Source: Squalus acanthias (taxonomy: Eukaryota). From it: a DNA stretch of 64,000 bases. The DNA is taken from the NCBI GenBank assembly GCA_030390025.1, contig JASTWF010000035.1, positions 2,666,001 through 2,730,000 of the forward strand, read 5' to 3'. Shown here piece by piece: positions 50,501 through 59,172 of the stretch (position 1 is its first letter; each line of letters begins with the position of its first letter). The notes under the pieces were generated by a model, which was not told the DNA's origin, ran no database searches, and was given only the letters and a program-made list of their open reading frames with translations. The position numbers and the translations under genes were made by a program.

Positions 50501-53500
50501 GTTCTGTCTCTCAGTGTGTGTTCTGTCTCTCAGGATGTTCTGTCCCTCAGTGTGTGTTCTGTCCCTCAGTGTGTTCTGTCTCTCAGTGTGTGTTGTCTCT
50601 CAGTGTGTGTTCTGTCTCTCAGTGTGTGTTGTCTCTCAGTGTGTGTTCTGTCCCTCTGTGTTCTGTCTCTCAGTGTGTGTTCTGTCCCTCAGTGTGTTCT
50701 GTCCCTCAGTGTGTGTTCTGTCTCTCAGTGTGTGTTCTGTCTCTCAGTGTGTGTTCTGTCCCTCAGTGTGTTCTGTCCCTCAGTGTGTGTTCTGTCTCTC
50801 AGTGTGTTCTGTCCCTCAGTGTGTTCTGTCTCTCGGTGTGTTCTGTCCCTCGGTGTGTTCTGTCCCTCAGTGTGTTCTGTCCCTCAGTGTGTTCTGTCTC
50901 TCGGTGTGTTCTGTCCCTCGGTGTGTTCTGTCTCTCAGTGTGTTCTGTCCCTCAGTGTGTTCTGTCCCTCAGTGTGTTCTGTCTCTCAGTGTGTTCTGTC
51001 CCTCAGTGTATTCTGTCCCTCAGTGTGTTCTGTCCCTCAGTGTGTTCTGTCCCTCAGTGTGTGTTCAGTCCCTCAGTGTGTTCTGTCCCTCAGTGTGTTC
51101 TGTCTCTCAGTGTGTTCTGTCTCTCAGTGTGTGTTCTGTCCCTCAGTGTATTCTGTCCCTCAGTGTGTTCTGTCCCTCAGTGTGTTCTGTCCCTCAGTGT
51201 GTGTTCAGTCCCTCAGTGTGTTCTGTCCCTCAGTGTGTTCTGTCCCTCAGTGTGTTCTGTCCCTCAGTGTATTCTGTCCCTCAGTGTGTGTTCTGTCCCT
51301 CAGTGTGTTCTGTCTCTCAGTGTGTGTTCTGTCTCTCAGTGTGTGTTCTGTCTCTCAGTGTGTGTTCTGTCCCTCAGTGTGTTTAGTCTCTCAGTGTGTG
51401 TTCTGTCCCTCAGTGTGTGTTCTGTCTCTCAGTGTGTTCTGTCCCTCAGTGTGTGTTCTGTCTCTCAGTGTGTTCTGTCTCTCAGTGTGTTCTGTCTCTC
51501 AGTGTGTGTTCTGTCCCTCAGTGTGTGTTCTGTCTCTCAGTGTGTTCTGTCTCTCAGTGTGTGTTCCGTCCCTCAGTGTGTGTTCTGTCTCTCAGTGTGT
51601 TCTGTCTCTTAGTGTGTGTTCTGTCCCTCAGTGTGTGTTCTGTCCCTCAGTGTGTGTTCTGTCTCTCAGTGTGTGTTCTGTCCCTCAGTGTGTGTTCTGT
51701 CTCTCAGTGTGTGTTCTGTCTCTCGGTGTGTGTTCTGTCTCTCAGTGTGTGTTCTGTCTCTCAGTGTGTTCTGTCTCTCGGTGTGTGTTCTGTCTCTCAG
51801 TGTGTGTTCTGTCCCTCAGTGTGTGTTCAGTCCCTCAGTGTGTGTTCAGTCCCTCAGTGTGTGTTCTGTCTCTCAGTGTGTGTTCTGTCCCTCAGTGTGT
51901 GTTCTGTCCCTCAGTGTGTGTTCTGTCTCTCGGTGTGTGTTCTGTCTCTCGGTGTGTGTTCTGTCTCTCAGTGTGTGTTCTGTCTCTCAGTGTGTTCTGT
52001 CTCTCGGTGTGTGTTCTGTCTCTCAGTGTGTGTTCTGTCCCTCAGTGTGTGTTCAGTCCCTCAGTGTGTGTTCAGTCCCTCAGTGTGTGTTCTGTCCCTC
52101 AGTGTGTGTTCAGTCCCTCAGTGTGTTTTCAGTCCCTCAGTGTGTGTTTTGTCCCTCAGTGTGTGTTCTGTCTCTCAGTGTGTTCTGTCTCTCAGTGTGT
52201 TCTGTCTCTCGGTGTGTGTTCTGTCTCTCAGTGTGTTCTGTCCCTCAGTGTGTGTTCTGTCCCTCAGTGTGTTCTGTCTCTCAGTGTGTGTTCTGTCTCT
52301 CAGTGTGTTCTGTCTCTCAGTGTGTTCTGTCTCTCAGTGTGTGTTCTGTCTCTCAGTGTGTGTTCTGTCTCTCAGTGTGTTCTGTCTCAGAATGTGCTGT
52401 GTTGTTCAGTGAGGTTGCATGTCCTGTCCCTACATTTAAGTTAAAATTTGATTGTGTTTCTTAGCAAGACGCAGGAGGTCCTGTTACCATGGATAGGTTT
52501 TATTTTAACAGTTTTTCTTTTCCCTTAGGATTGCATGGATCCCTGCTGTGTTGCTACAGTCTGTAAATTTCGGTCGGGTGCAAAGTGTGCCTCAAATGAT
52601 ATCTGTTGCAGAAATTGCAAAGTAAGCATTGTCTAAGTCTCCCTCTGACACCACCAGGTTTAGTTAAACTGGACAGGATTCCTGTACCGGGTCATTGTGG
52701 TTTCTTCACTAAAAATGTCACAATGGTACCCATTGGTTTGTTCATGGTCTTTACATCCCTGATACTAAACAGGATACTAGGTAAAGGCAGTTTAAAGTTT
52801 TACATTTCAAGTTTCCACTCCCAGAATATTCAAATCTCCTGCCAGCTGAACTCCGCTGGTGTCTCAGTGCCAGCACTAAGGCTACTGAATATCTGCTTAA
52901 CCACTCAGTGTTGGTGGGTGCACTTAATACAAATCTGTGCATCACTGCACAGCAAAAACTTGCTCGAATCCAGGCTTGCTGAGGATAGATCTTCAGAACT
53001 GTGTGGCTGTGAAGTGGCCTTTTAATCATACGTTGCATTCGCCCAATTTCCAATATGTGCTCCCAACGGGTGAGGTTCCTGCAGGGACCCCAAAATCCAG
53101 TGGCAGCAACAAGCACTACTAATTCAGGATTTACATCAGCTGCTGTTACTGGAGGCTAAGAGTATATCCAGTACTCTTCTGAGGGAGGCTTTCCTCTGCC
53201 CTGCACCTGGAGAAATCAGCACTCCTCAGGGGTGGAGATCCGTTACATCAGGTCTCTGCCACTGTTGATCTGCTCTGGGATTTCCTGGGGCTTCCCCACA
53301 AGGAGAAATTGGACGTAGGCTTGAGCCTGCTCCTGGAGTAGCTAGCATAGTCAGGTGGGAGGGAGTGTTCCTGGCTTCCCGCCTCATTTTGCTGTCTTTT
53401 TTCTTGTTGTGCACCCATGACCTGGCCTGAGATCTCTACCTACAGGAGAGTCTTTGGCAGCTCCTGGGGCAGTCCAAAGAAACCAAGGCAAGGTAGGGGA

Positions 53501-55540
53501 ATTCATTTAGGAATCCACCCCCAGGATGTTTTGAGGCAGCTGAGGCCCACTTGCTGCTGATTTCCATCAGCCCATAAGGCCGGATCTCAGCGACCTGAGG
53601 CCTGCAGCTGCACTTCGATTTGTACCCATTTTTCAGACAAAAGGCCACCCCCATTTACCTGGCCTGTGCCTGAAGTTCCCGCAGGCTATACAAATGGGAT
53701 GAGGGCTGAAAAGTGTGGTCAGTTGCTTCCTCTCAGGTGTGCTGTACCTGTTGGTCAAATTGGCTATACATCCATAACAGCTGTATCTCTCAGCATTTAA
53801 AGACTTGGACACTGAAATTATGCTTTGTGAAGATTAGCACTTCAATGTTTAACACGTACATGAGATGCCTTTTCAACAGAGATTAACCTAAACAAACACA
53901 ATAAGCTGGATTTTCTCAGCCCCAAGGAGGCGGGCATGGAGGCGGGACTGCCGGTAAAGTAGCAGAAAATGGGGGCGGATGGCAAACCCGCCCCCAACCC
54001 GCTTCCGTGCCCTTTTGCCAGGAGGCGGGAAGATGTGCTGCTTTGGGTCCCGTCTCCTGGAGGCGGGAAAGGCATTAAATCCTTTTAACTGCCTGTTAAC
54101 AGGCAGTTAACACGCAGGAAAAAGGATTAGTGCCAGTTTTCCTTCTCAGGTGAAGGCTTCCCGACCTCAGAGAACCCCGCCGGGTTGGAGGAGACGTGAA
54201 GGAGGTCTGCGGGGGTCGGAGGCACCTGGAAGTAGGATGTAGAGGTGAGTGACGGGTGCAAGTGTGGAGTGGTAAGTATGTAAGGTGAGTGATAAGTGTT
54301 AAAAAATGTTCACTTACCTTGTTTTCTTCCTACAGCCTTCATCCACCCTGGATCGGGAGACCCAACATCTTCCTTGTCGATTTCACAGACTCGCTGTTGG
54401 ATCCTCCGACCCAACAGCCATCTGAAATCTACAAAGTTGAAAGGTTTGATGAGTCCTGAACACAAGTCCTCATCAAACTACAGAGCATGTCAGTGTTTGA
54501 CAGCTTCACAGAGTTGTCAAACACTGACATTTCTTCTTTCAAGAGGTCTTGACAGATAGCACCTCAGACGTTGATGTGCTCCGTCAGTGACTTCCTCCCT
54601 AATTGGCCTGCTGAGCCCGCAGGGCGGGCTTAACAAGCTCAATCAGGGGAAAATCCCTCTGGTTGGTCAGACGATGATGGAGGTGGGACATTGACACGAC
54701 AAGCAGCAGTCCCGCCTCCAACTCGTCTCCATTGAGAAAATCCAGCCCAATGGGCTCGATTTTACCAGCCCTGAGGAGGCGGGTTTGGAGGCCTGTCAGC
54801 TGCTAAAATGGGAAAACATGTCTTCAGACACCCAGCCCGCCTCCATCCCGCCCCCAGCCCGCCTCCATCCCGCCCCCAGCCCGCCTCCATCCCGCCCCCA
54901 CCCGATTTTACTGAGTGTCTGTTCAGCTGCTCCCAAACTGACCCGACTCCAACCGGTGGGACAGGCAGTTAAGAGCCTGTTAACTGCCTTGATAATCCTA
55001 TTTTGACAGAGGTTTCGCATTTTCGTGCCTCTGGCTCCTGTTTCTCGTCGTGTCAGATACAGTCCTGCTGCAAGGAGACGAGTTGGTGGAGGACATGATC
55101 TGTAGTCTTTTTACAAGGTGAATCCAGAATCTAAATATATAGGATTGTAAAACCAAAAGTAAAAATAAACAGCCTCAGTATTTGAGATTATAATTAATGA
55201 AGGAATCGAGTTGGAAAGATGGGGTGCCACTGTTGTAACTGGTGGTGGTATATAGCATTCTTGTCAGTTTGTGTGTGTTTATTGACAATAGAAATGAATG
55301 TTCTTGATTATGACCAACATTAACGTGTTCCTGTAAATTTACAGTTCATAAAACCGAATAGAATTTGCAGGAAACCCATTGGAGAGTGTGATTTTGCAGA
55401 ATACTGCACAGGCTCGTCTTCACAGTGTCCAGTCAACATGTATAAGAAAAACTTTCATCCTTGTGCAAATGAAACTTCGTATTGTTATAACGGCGCATGC
55501 CAGACACTGCAAACTCAGTGTCAGGATATATGGGGACCAA
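2463..55540 (+). CDS. ADAM15: ADAM family metalloprotease-disintegrin, ADAM15-like (partial; 7 internal exons: 2463-2534, 23815-23981, 25787-25871, 27753-27895, 32378-32555, 52529-52621, 55345-55540)
   Basis: The exons splice GT-AG with matching phases (0,2,0,2,0,0,1) into one open frame of 934 nt: YQSAFNSKRKVISRLANAVNYVDL|FYRPLFIRIALIGVEVWT...LLPRLHNDNAQLVM|GRSF...SMCSPDYSGGIVL|DTTAESLGIASNLAHGIGHNLGMDHD...GCIMAEVRG|LQPAQVFSSCS...CGNSYVDPGEECDCGKPE|DCMDPCC...CASNDICCRNCK|FIKPNRICRKPIGECDFAEYCTG...CQDIWGP. The motifs LLPRL, CSPD(F/Y)SGG, LG(V/I)AS, DC(V/M)DPCC and CASxxxCC match my recollection of ADAM15 better than ADAM12/19/33. Family assignment is secure; orthology is less so. Confidence 0.85.
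2631..23742. repeat. 35-bp G-rich tandem minisatellite, ~21 kb (~600 units); consensus AG(T/C)GCAGTGAGACGGGGTTTATGGGATGGGTA(AC/GT)C
   Basis: 35-bp periodicity is directly visible (e.g. agtgcagtgagac at 2701 and 2736). The array fills almost the whole intron 2535-23814. Confidence 0.98.
23815..23981 (+). CDS. ADAM15: ADAM15-like exon (FYRPLFIRIALIGVEVWT...NDNAQLV)
   Basis: Acceptor ccactgcAG, donor GTAAGC at 23982. Reprolysin-domain signature FYRPL-x-IRIALIG-x-EVW and NDNAQL. Confidence 0.93.
25787..25871 (+). CDS. ADAM15: ADAM15-like exon (GRSFNNITEQLVEFGSMCSPDYSGGIVL)
   Basis: Acceptor tttacctctttcacAG, donor GTGAGC at 25872. SMCS-x3-SGGI motif. Phase 2 in, phase 0 out. Confidence 0.9.
25890..26763 (+). 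mobile_element. 5'-truncated CR1 LINE (RT C-terminus and 3' UTR/tail)
   Basis: WQMEYNVGKCEVIHFG, LVRPHLEYCVQFWSPY, RNFFSQRVVNLWNSLP. Tail ttcctatgttgttatgttatg. Confidence 0.92.
27043..27288 (-). mobile_element. CR1 fragment
   Basis: LGLYSLEFRRLRGDLI in ORF 26998..27276. Confidence 0.8.
27753..27895 (+). CDS. ADAM15: ADAM15-like exon carrying the zinc-binding motif (HGIGHNLGMDHD) and Met-turn (CIM)
   Basis: Acceptor ttgttttcctAG, donor GTGAGA at 27896. Translation DTTAESLGIASNLAHGIGHNLGMDHDFPAPTCVCTDKKAGCIMAEVR. Not in the ORF track because it is too short. Confidence 0.93.
28414..29490 (-). mobile_element. 5'-truncated CR1 LINE
   Basis: PQGSVL, SKFADDTKLGG and 3' end motifs in ORFs 28503-29413. 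8-bp tail repeats cataagaa at 28414. Confidence 0.92.
29706..32125 (-). mobile_element. 5'-truncated RTE-clade (BovB-like) LINE, frameshifted
   Basis: CGNYRGVSLLS, QCGFRP.RGT.DMIF, FDLTKAFDTVNR, GVKQGCVIAPTLFS, FPYLGS, LLYGSETW and a C-terminal C2H2 finger CPTC..C.SRIGLISHLRTH, followed by a short 3' UTR. The RT YADD motif is disrupted. Confidence 0.9.
32378..32555 (+). CDS. ADAM15: ADAM15-like exon (end of metalloprotease domain, start of disintegrin: FSSCS...CLYNLP...CGN...EECDCG)
   Basis: Acceptor ttattctttcAG, donor GTAGGC at 32556. Lies inside ORF 32331..32579. Confidence 0.93.
32716..33165 (+). mobile_element. CR1 ORF2 fragment (endonuclease C-terminus) joined to a short 3' tail
   Basis: FLEQYVMEPSREQAILDLVL, LGQSDHNMIEF. 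Confidence 0.85.
33726..34124 (+). mobile_element. CR1 RT fragment
   Basis: GVPQGSVLGP, ADDTKIG, WQMEFNLEKCEVMHFG. Confidence 0.85.
35381..36273 (+). mobile_element. Non-autonomous Harbinger element (MITE, 893 bp), family A copy 1
   Basis: Ends GCGGTAGAAATTAGGTC...GAATTTTTACCCC, TSD TAA/TAA. Both ends align with the ends of 40189-44321. Excision restores CR1 GLYSLEF. Confidence 0.93.
36672..37122 (+). mobile_element. tRNA-derived DeuSINE (SacSINE1-like) inserted in a CR1
   Basis: Same A/B boxes, core and tail as 1558-1996. The CR1 sequence resumes on both sides (ggataa...ataacttcac). Confidence 0.85.
38037..38808. mobile_element. MITE of a second family (TIR GGGCTGGATTTT), probably Harbinger-type
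   Basis: Perfect 12-bp TIRs GGGCTGGATTTT / AAAATCCAGCCC. Flanks AAA / AAT (3-bp TSD with one mismatch). Interrupts a CR1 and contains an internal (CT)n tract near 38490-38532. Confidence 0.8.
40546..42374 (+). CDS. Harbinger Myb/SANT-like (trihelix) DNA-binding partner protein; predicted exons 40546-40782, 41067-41229, 41389-42374 (461 aa)
   Basis: Exon 1 MERVRERAQRFTERALDALV...VWREVAQIVS...RTHVQCRKKFNDL is a trihelix Myb domain, donor GTGAGT at 40783. Exon 2 follows ttttcttgcAG (AKLAHNRRQQQRTGGGRP, with the typical RTGGG motif), donor GTAAGG at 41230. Exon 3 follows gctttcAG and joins in frame to ORF 41478..42374. AATAAA at 42543. Confidence 0.88.
42678..43838 (-). CDS. Harbinger DDE transposase (HARBI1-family nuclease), 386 aa from the first ATG
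   Basis: Intact single-exon ORF (track ORF 42678..43907 begins at a TTG; first ATG is 43838, MGAALNGG). Catalytic motifs GAIDCTH, LLGDKGY and RNIIERTIGVLKQRFRCL. Also FRNRKGFHSLNVQLVCD, YPGSCHDAFIL, CCMLHN and an acidic C-terminal tract. Confidence 0.95.
   Translation of the reverse strand: MGAALNGGVVLLQLNRRTQRRREKVAMMARRRRANRRMYRRAYPPRVYREQLSYIHMSEELCLRRLRFSKEVVTELCHLLQPDLQPQLRSRMSLSVAVKVTVALNFYATGSFQAAAGDLANISQFAVHCCIRQVTNALFKRRREFISFPMTPDKQRDRALGFARIAGFPMVQGAIDCTHVALRAPHENAEEFRNRKGFHSLNVQLVCDHRQLILAVNAHYPGSCHDAFILRQTTVAELFEAPHQPVGWLLGDKGYPLSTWLMTPLRTPNTPAELRYNESHQATRNIIERTIGVLKQRFRCLDHSGGALQYSPERVSNFVVVCCMLHNMAIVRTQPMPPGLGAPPEEEEEEEEEDEEDDHQQHQGGRAAHNGETARAVRQRLIASRF
44005..44012 (-). promoter_or_regulatory. 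Candidate TATA box (TATTTAAA) of the transposase gene
   Basis: GCGCTATTTAAAGGGGG on the minus strand, ~170 bp upstream of the transposase ATG. A matching TATTTAAAGGGGG is retained in MITE copies 1 and 3. Confidence 0.45.
46766..52392. repeat. 17/19-bp tandem repeat, ~5.6 kb (~300 units): TTCTGTC(T/C)CTCAGTGTG(TG)
   Basis: Directly visible. It is the source of the spurious Cys/Ser/Val/Leu ORFs at 46679-52464. Confidence 0.98.
52529..52621 (+). CDS. ADAM15: ADAM15-like disintegrin exon (DCMDPCCVATVCKFRSGAKCASNDICCRNCK)
   Basis: Acceptor ttttcttttcccttAG, donor GTAAGC at 52622. Disintegrin Cys spacing. Confidence 0.92.
53903..54748. mobile_element. MITE with GGGCTGGATTTT-type TIRs
   Basis: Left aaGCTGGATTTTCTCA, right TGAGAAAATCCAGCCC (14 of 16 match). 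TSD AAT (53900-02 and 54749-51). Confidence 0.75.
54752..55030. mobile_element. Truncated MITE end (GGGCTCGATTTT...) with a short internal C-rich tandem repeat
   Basis: Starts immediately after the previous TSD and resembles the left end of 38037-38808. About 3 copies of CCCAGCCCGCCTCCATCCCGCC near 54830-54900. No right TIR seen. Confidence 0.55.
55345..55540 (+). CDS. ADAM15: ADAM15-like exon (disintegrin loop CRKPIGECDFAEYC and start of Cys-rich domain to CQDIWGP)
   Basis: Acceptor aaatttacAG, donor GTGAGT at 55541. ECD-x2-EYC, CYNG-x-C and QC-x3-WGP motifs. Confidence 0.93.
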
Positions 55541-55711
55541 GTGAGTACACAGCACATCGGAAGCTACCGGTTACACTCCAACTTTGCAGAGTTTGCCTTT
55601 CTGCTTCCGAATCTCTTTTCCTCTGCCATTTTCTGTGTTACTGTGTCTCATAGCCTCATCATATTTTTTTATTTGTTGACCTAATTGCGTAATATACAAA
55701 TCATAAATATA

Positions 55712-56066
55712 AAACATTGGTGGGAGTTGTCTATAGGCCTCCAAACGGTAGCAGTAATGTAGGGGACAGCATCAAACAGGAAATTAGAGATGCATGTAAC
55801 AAGGGTACCACAGTAATCATGGGTGACTTTAATCTACATATAGACTGGCCAAACCAAATTAGCAATAATACTGTGGAGGATGAATTCCTGCAGTGTGTAC
55901 GAGATGGATTTTTAGACCAGTACATTGAGGAGCCAACTCGGGAACAGGCTATCCAAGATTGGATATTGTGCAATGAGAAGGGGTTAATTAATAATCTTGT
56001 TGTGCGGGGTCCTTTAGGGAAGAGTGACCACAACATGATAGAATTCTTCATTAAGACGGAAAGTGA
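55712..56066 (+). mobile_element. CR1 endonuclease fragment
   Basis: VGVVYRPP, MGDFN, LGKSDHNMIEF. Confidence 0.85.
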
Positions 56067-56704
56067 ATGAAGTGTGGGAAATCAGGGACACTTCCTGTGT
56101 CCCTGACGACCATGTGTGCGGGAAGTGTATCCAGCTGCAGCTACTGGCAGACCGCATTGCGGCGCTGGAGCTGCGAATGGATACATACTGGAGCATTCGC
56201 GATGCTGAGGACATCGTGGATAGCACGTTTAATGAGTTGGTCACACCGCAGGTAAAGGCTGCACAGGCAGGAAGGGAATGGGTGACCGCCAGGCAGAGTA
56301 GTAGGCGCAGGCAGGTAGTGCAGGGGTCCCCTGTGGCCATCCCCCTCTCAAACAGATATACCACTTTGGATATTGTTGAGGGAGATGGATTATCGAGGGA
56401 AGGCAGCAGCAGCCAACTTCCTAGCACCATGGGTGGTTCTGCTGCACAGGACGGGAGGAAAAAGAGCGGGAGAGCTATAGTGTTCGGGGATTCTATTGTA
56501 AGGGGAATAGATAGGCGTTTCTGCGGCCGCAAACGAGACTCCAGGATGGTATGTTGCCTCCCTGGTGCAAGGGTCAAGGATGTCTCGGGGCGGCTGCAGG
56601 GCATTCTGGAGGGGGAGGGTGAACAGCCAGTTGTCGTGGTGCATATAGGTACCAACGATATTGGTAAAAAACGGGATGAGGTCCTAATAGCTGAATATAG
56701 GGAG

Positions 56705-56931
56705 TGACATGAATCTGTCATTCATGAAAGAAAGACTTATGAAATGATACTGAGTGGCCTGCGGGTGGCGCTGTCCAGGGAGAGTATAAGTACTCGGGCA
56801 CGGGCCCAGCTTACGCAGGAGATTCTGAACAGGAACTAGCCAAGGACACAACTAGATCTCCATGTTGTTAAACAGTTGATTAAAGCTTTGTTTAACGCTT
56901 AGACCAAGTGCCTAGTAGTTTTCTTACGTCA
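56705..56931 (+). mobile_element. Solo LTR (227 bp) inserted in CR1 ORF1
   Basis: TGAC...GTCA termini, 5-bp TSD GGGAG (56700-04 and 56932-36), internal TATAA (~56786) and ATTAAA (~56879). Removal restores CR1 ORF1 (EYRELG). Confidence 0.8.
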
Positions 56932-57367
56932 GGGAGTTAGGAGGTAAATTAAAAAATAAGACCTCAAAGGCAGTAATCTCAGGATTGCTACCAGTGCCAC
57001 GTACTCGTCAGAGTAGAAATAGAAGGATATTTCAGATGAATACGTAGCTAGAGGAATGGTGCAAGGGGGAGGGATTCAAATTCCCGGACATTGGAACCGG
57101 TTCTGGGGAGGTGGGACCAGTACAAACTGGACGGTTTGCACCTGGGCGGGACCGGGACCGATGTCCTAGGGGGAGTGTTTGCTAGTGCTGTTGGGGAGGG
57201 TTTAAACTAAAATGGCAGGGGGTTGGGAACCTGTGCAGGGAGACAGAGGAAAGGGAAGCAAGGATAGAAACAAAAGACAGGAAGGAGAAATGCAAAAGTG
57301 GAAGGCAGAGAAATAAAGAGTGTAAATTAAACAGGGCTACAGTAAATAATAATTCTAAAAGGACTAA

Positions 57368-58246
57368 GGGGGAAAAATTCAGTTCGTTGCGCCTCCCGTT
57401 AGCGCCTTAAGAGGGCGCTAATGGCACACAAAGCAAATAGTGCCCGGGCGTGGCAATGTTTGCGCCGCTCGCAAAATTAACTGGACATTTTGCAGCGGCG
57501 CTAAACACTACCGCCACGATCTCCTGCGCCGGCAGATCGTGACGTCAGTCGAGTGCGCAGCGCCCCGGAGCGGATATTGAGTGGCGCCCCCTGCCTTACC
57601 GCCTGCCGCTAGCAACGACAGGTTGAGGGGAGCGTTTTGCAGTCAGGAAGGGACTGGGGGAGCGCAATTTAAAGGCGAACGCTTCCTGCCTTTTTTTGTT
57701 GGTGACATTTTTGCACCACGCATTCTGAGAGAGAGAGAGAGACTTCTGGAGAGATTCAACGCTGTGTGAAGGAGTTTGGGGTACTGAGCAGCACTTTGCA
57801 GGTTCATTTTGATTTGCCCTTCCTTGCATCTATTTAGAACAGACTGTGGGGGCTGCACTCTGAGCTCTTTCCCTGGTTCTCGCCATTGTTCTTTCCAGCA
57901 GATTTGATGTTGAGGTCTCTCCAGGCCGAGATTCAAGGCTGCAATGAGCAGGATGTGGATGGAGAGCAAGATCAACCCTCCCCTTTAAGAACTGGCCGGC
58001 ACCATTGTGTCTCTGTTCCATTGCTGACTGACATCACATGAGCTTCGCCAGCGCTCTGAGGTAGCGTCTCGCTCCTCGGCCTTTGCGCCTTAAGACAGGT
58101 GTGAAGCGCCTGATTTAGCGCTCCAATCACCTCCAGGGTGATAAAAGCCAACTTTGCAGTCGGAGGCGGTAATTAGCGCCAGGCGCTAATCTTAGCACCC
58201 GGCCGATAATTGCGCCCAAAATGGGGCGATACTGAATTTTTCCCCC
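57368..58246 (-). mobile_element. Non-autonomous Harbinger element (MITE, 879 bp), diverged family A subfamily, copy 2
   Basis: Perfect 16-bp TIR GGGGGAAAAATTCAGT, TSD TAA/TAA. Same internal layout as 35381-36273, reverse orientation. Confidence 0.93.
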
Positions 58247-58279
58247 TAAGAGTGTTGAAAAAATAAGCCTGAAGGCTTT

Positions 58280-59172
58280 GGGGTAAAAATTCACTTGGTT
58301 GCGCCTCCCGTTAGCGCCTTAAGAGGGCGCTAATGGGGCGCAAAGCCGCTAACGCCCGGGCGCAGCGATGTTTGCGCCGCTCGAGAACTTAACTTGAGAT
58401 TGTGCGGCGGCGCTAAAACTTACCGCTGCGACCACCTGCGCGCGCAGATTATGATGTAATTCCATGGTGCAACGCCCTTGGGGCGCCCCGGAGCGGAAAT
58501 TGAGTGGCGCCCCCTGCCTTACCGCCTGGCGCATCCAACGACCAGAAGACTGGAACGCTATCAATCGCTGTGGGGCTGGGGGGGGCGCTATTTAAAGGGG
58601 GCCTCTTCCTGGCTTTTATTGTTGGTGGCATTTTTGAACTACGCATTCTAAGAGAGAGAGGGAGAGACTTCTGGAGAGATTCAACGTTGTGTGAAGGAGT
58701 TTTGGGTACTGAGCAGCACTTTGCAGGTTCATTTTGATTTGCCATTCCTTGTATCGATTTAGCAGAGACTGTGGGAGCTGCACTCTGAGCTCTTTGCCTG
58801 GTACTCTCCATTGTTTTTTCCAGCACATTTGATGTGCAAGTCTCTCCAGGCCGAGATTCAAGGCTGCAATCAACAGGATGTGGATGGAAAGCAAGATTAA
58901 CCATCCCCTTTAAGAACTGGCCCGTGCCATTGTGTGTGTGTTCCATTGCTGACTGACATTACATGAGCTTCGCCAGCGCTCTGAGTTAGCGCCTCACTGC
59001 TCGGCCTTTGCGCCTTAAGAGAGGTGTGCAGCGCCTGCTTTAGCGCTCCACTCACCTCCCGGGGCGGTAAAAGTGAAGTTTCCTGTCAGTGCCGATAATT
59101 AGCGCCAGGCGCTAATATTTGCGTCCAGACGATATTTGCGCCCCAAATGGGGCGCGACCTAATTTCTACCCC
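58280..59172 (-). mobile_element. Non-autonomous Harbinger element (MITE, 893 bp), family A copy 3
   Basis: Ends GGGGTAAAAATTCAC...AATTTCTACCCC, TSD TTT/TTT. Near-identical reverse complement of 35381-36273. Excision restores CR1 LKALCLNARS. Confidence 0.93.

Noticed and set aside
46679..52464. 1921-aa, 1605-aa and other long Cys/Ser/Val/Leu-rich ORFs
   Set aside because: All three + frames are largely open because the repeat unit contains no stop codon. The translation is low complexity, starts in a CR1 3' UTR and lies in an intron.
2463..55540. Calling the ADAM locus a pseudogene because of the E->G change
   Set aside because: Seven exons have no stops or frameshifts, keep splice sites, phases and Cys spacing. 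This fits a constrained gene, although exons outside the window cannot be seen.
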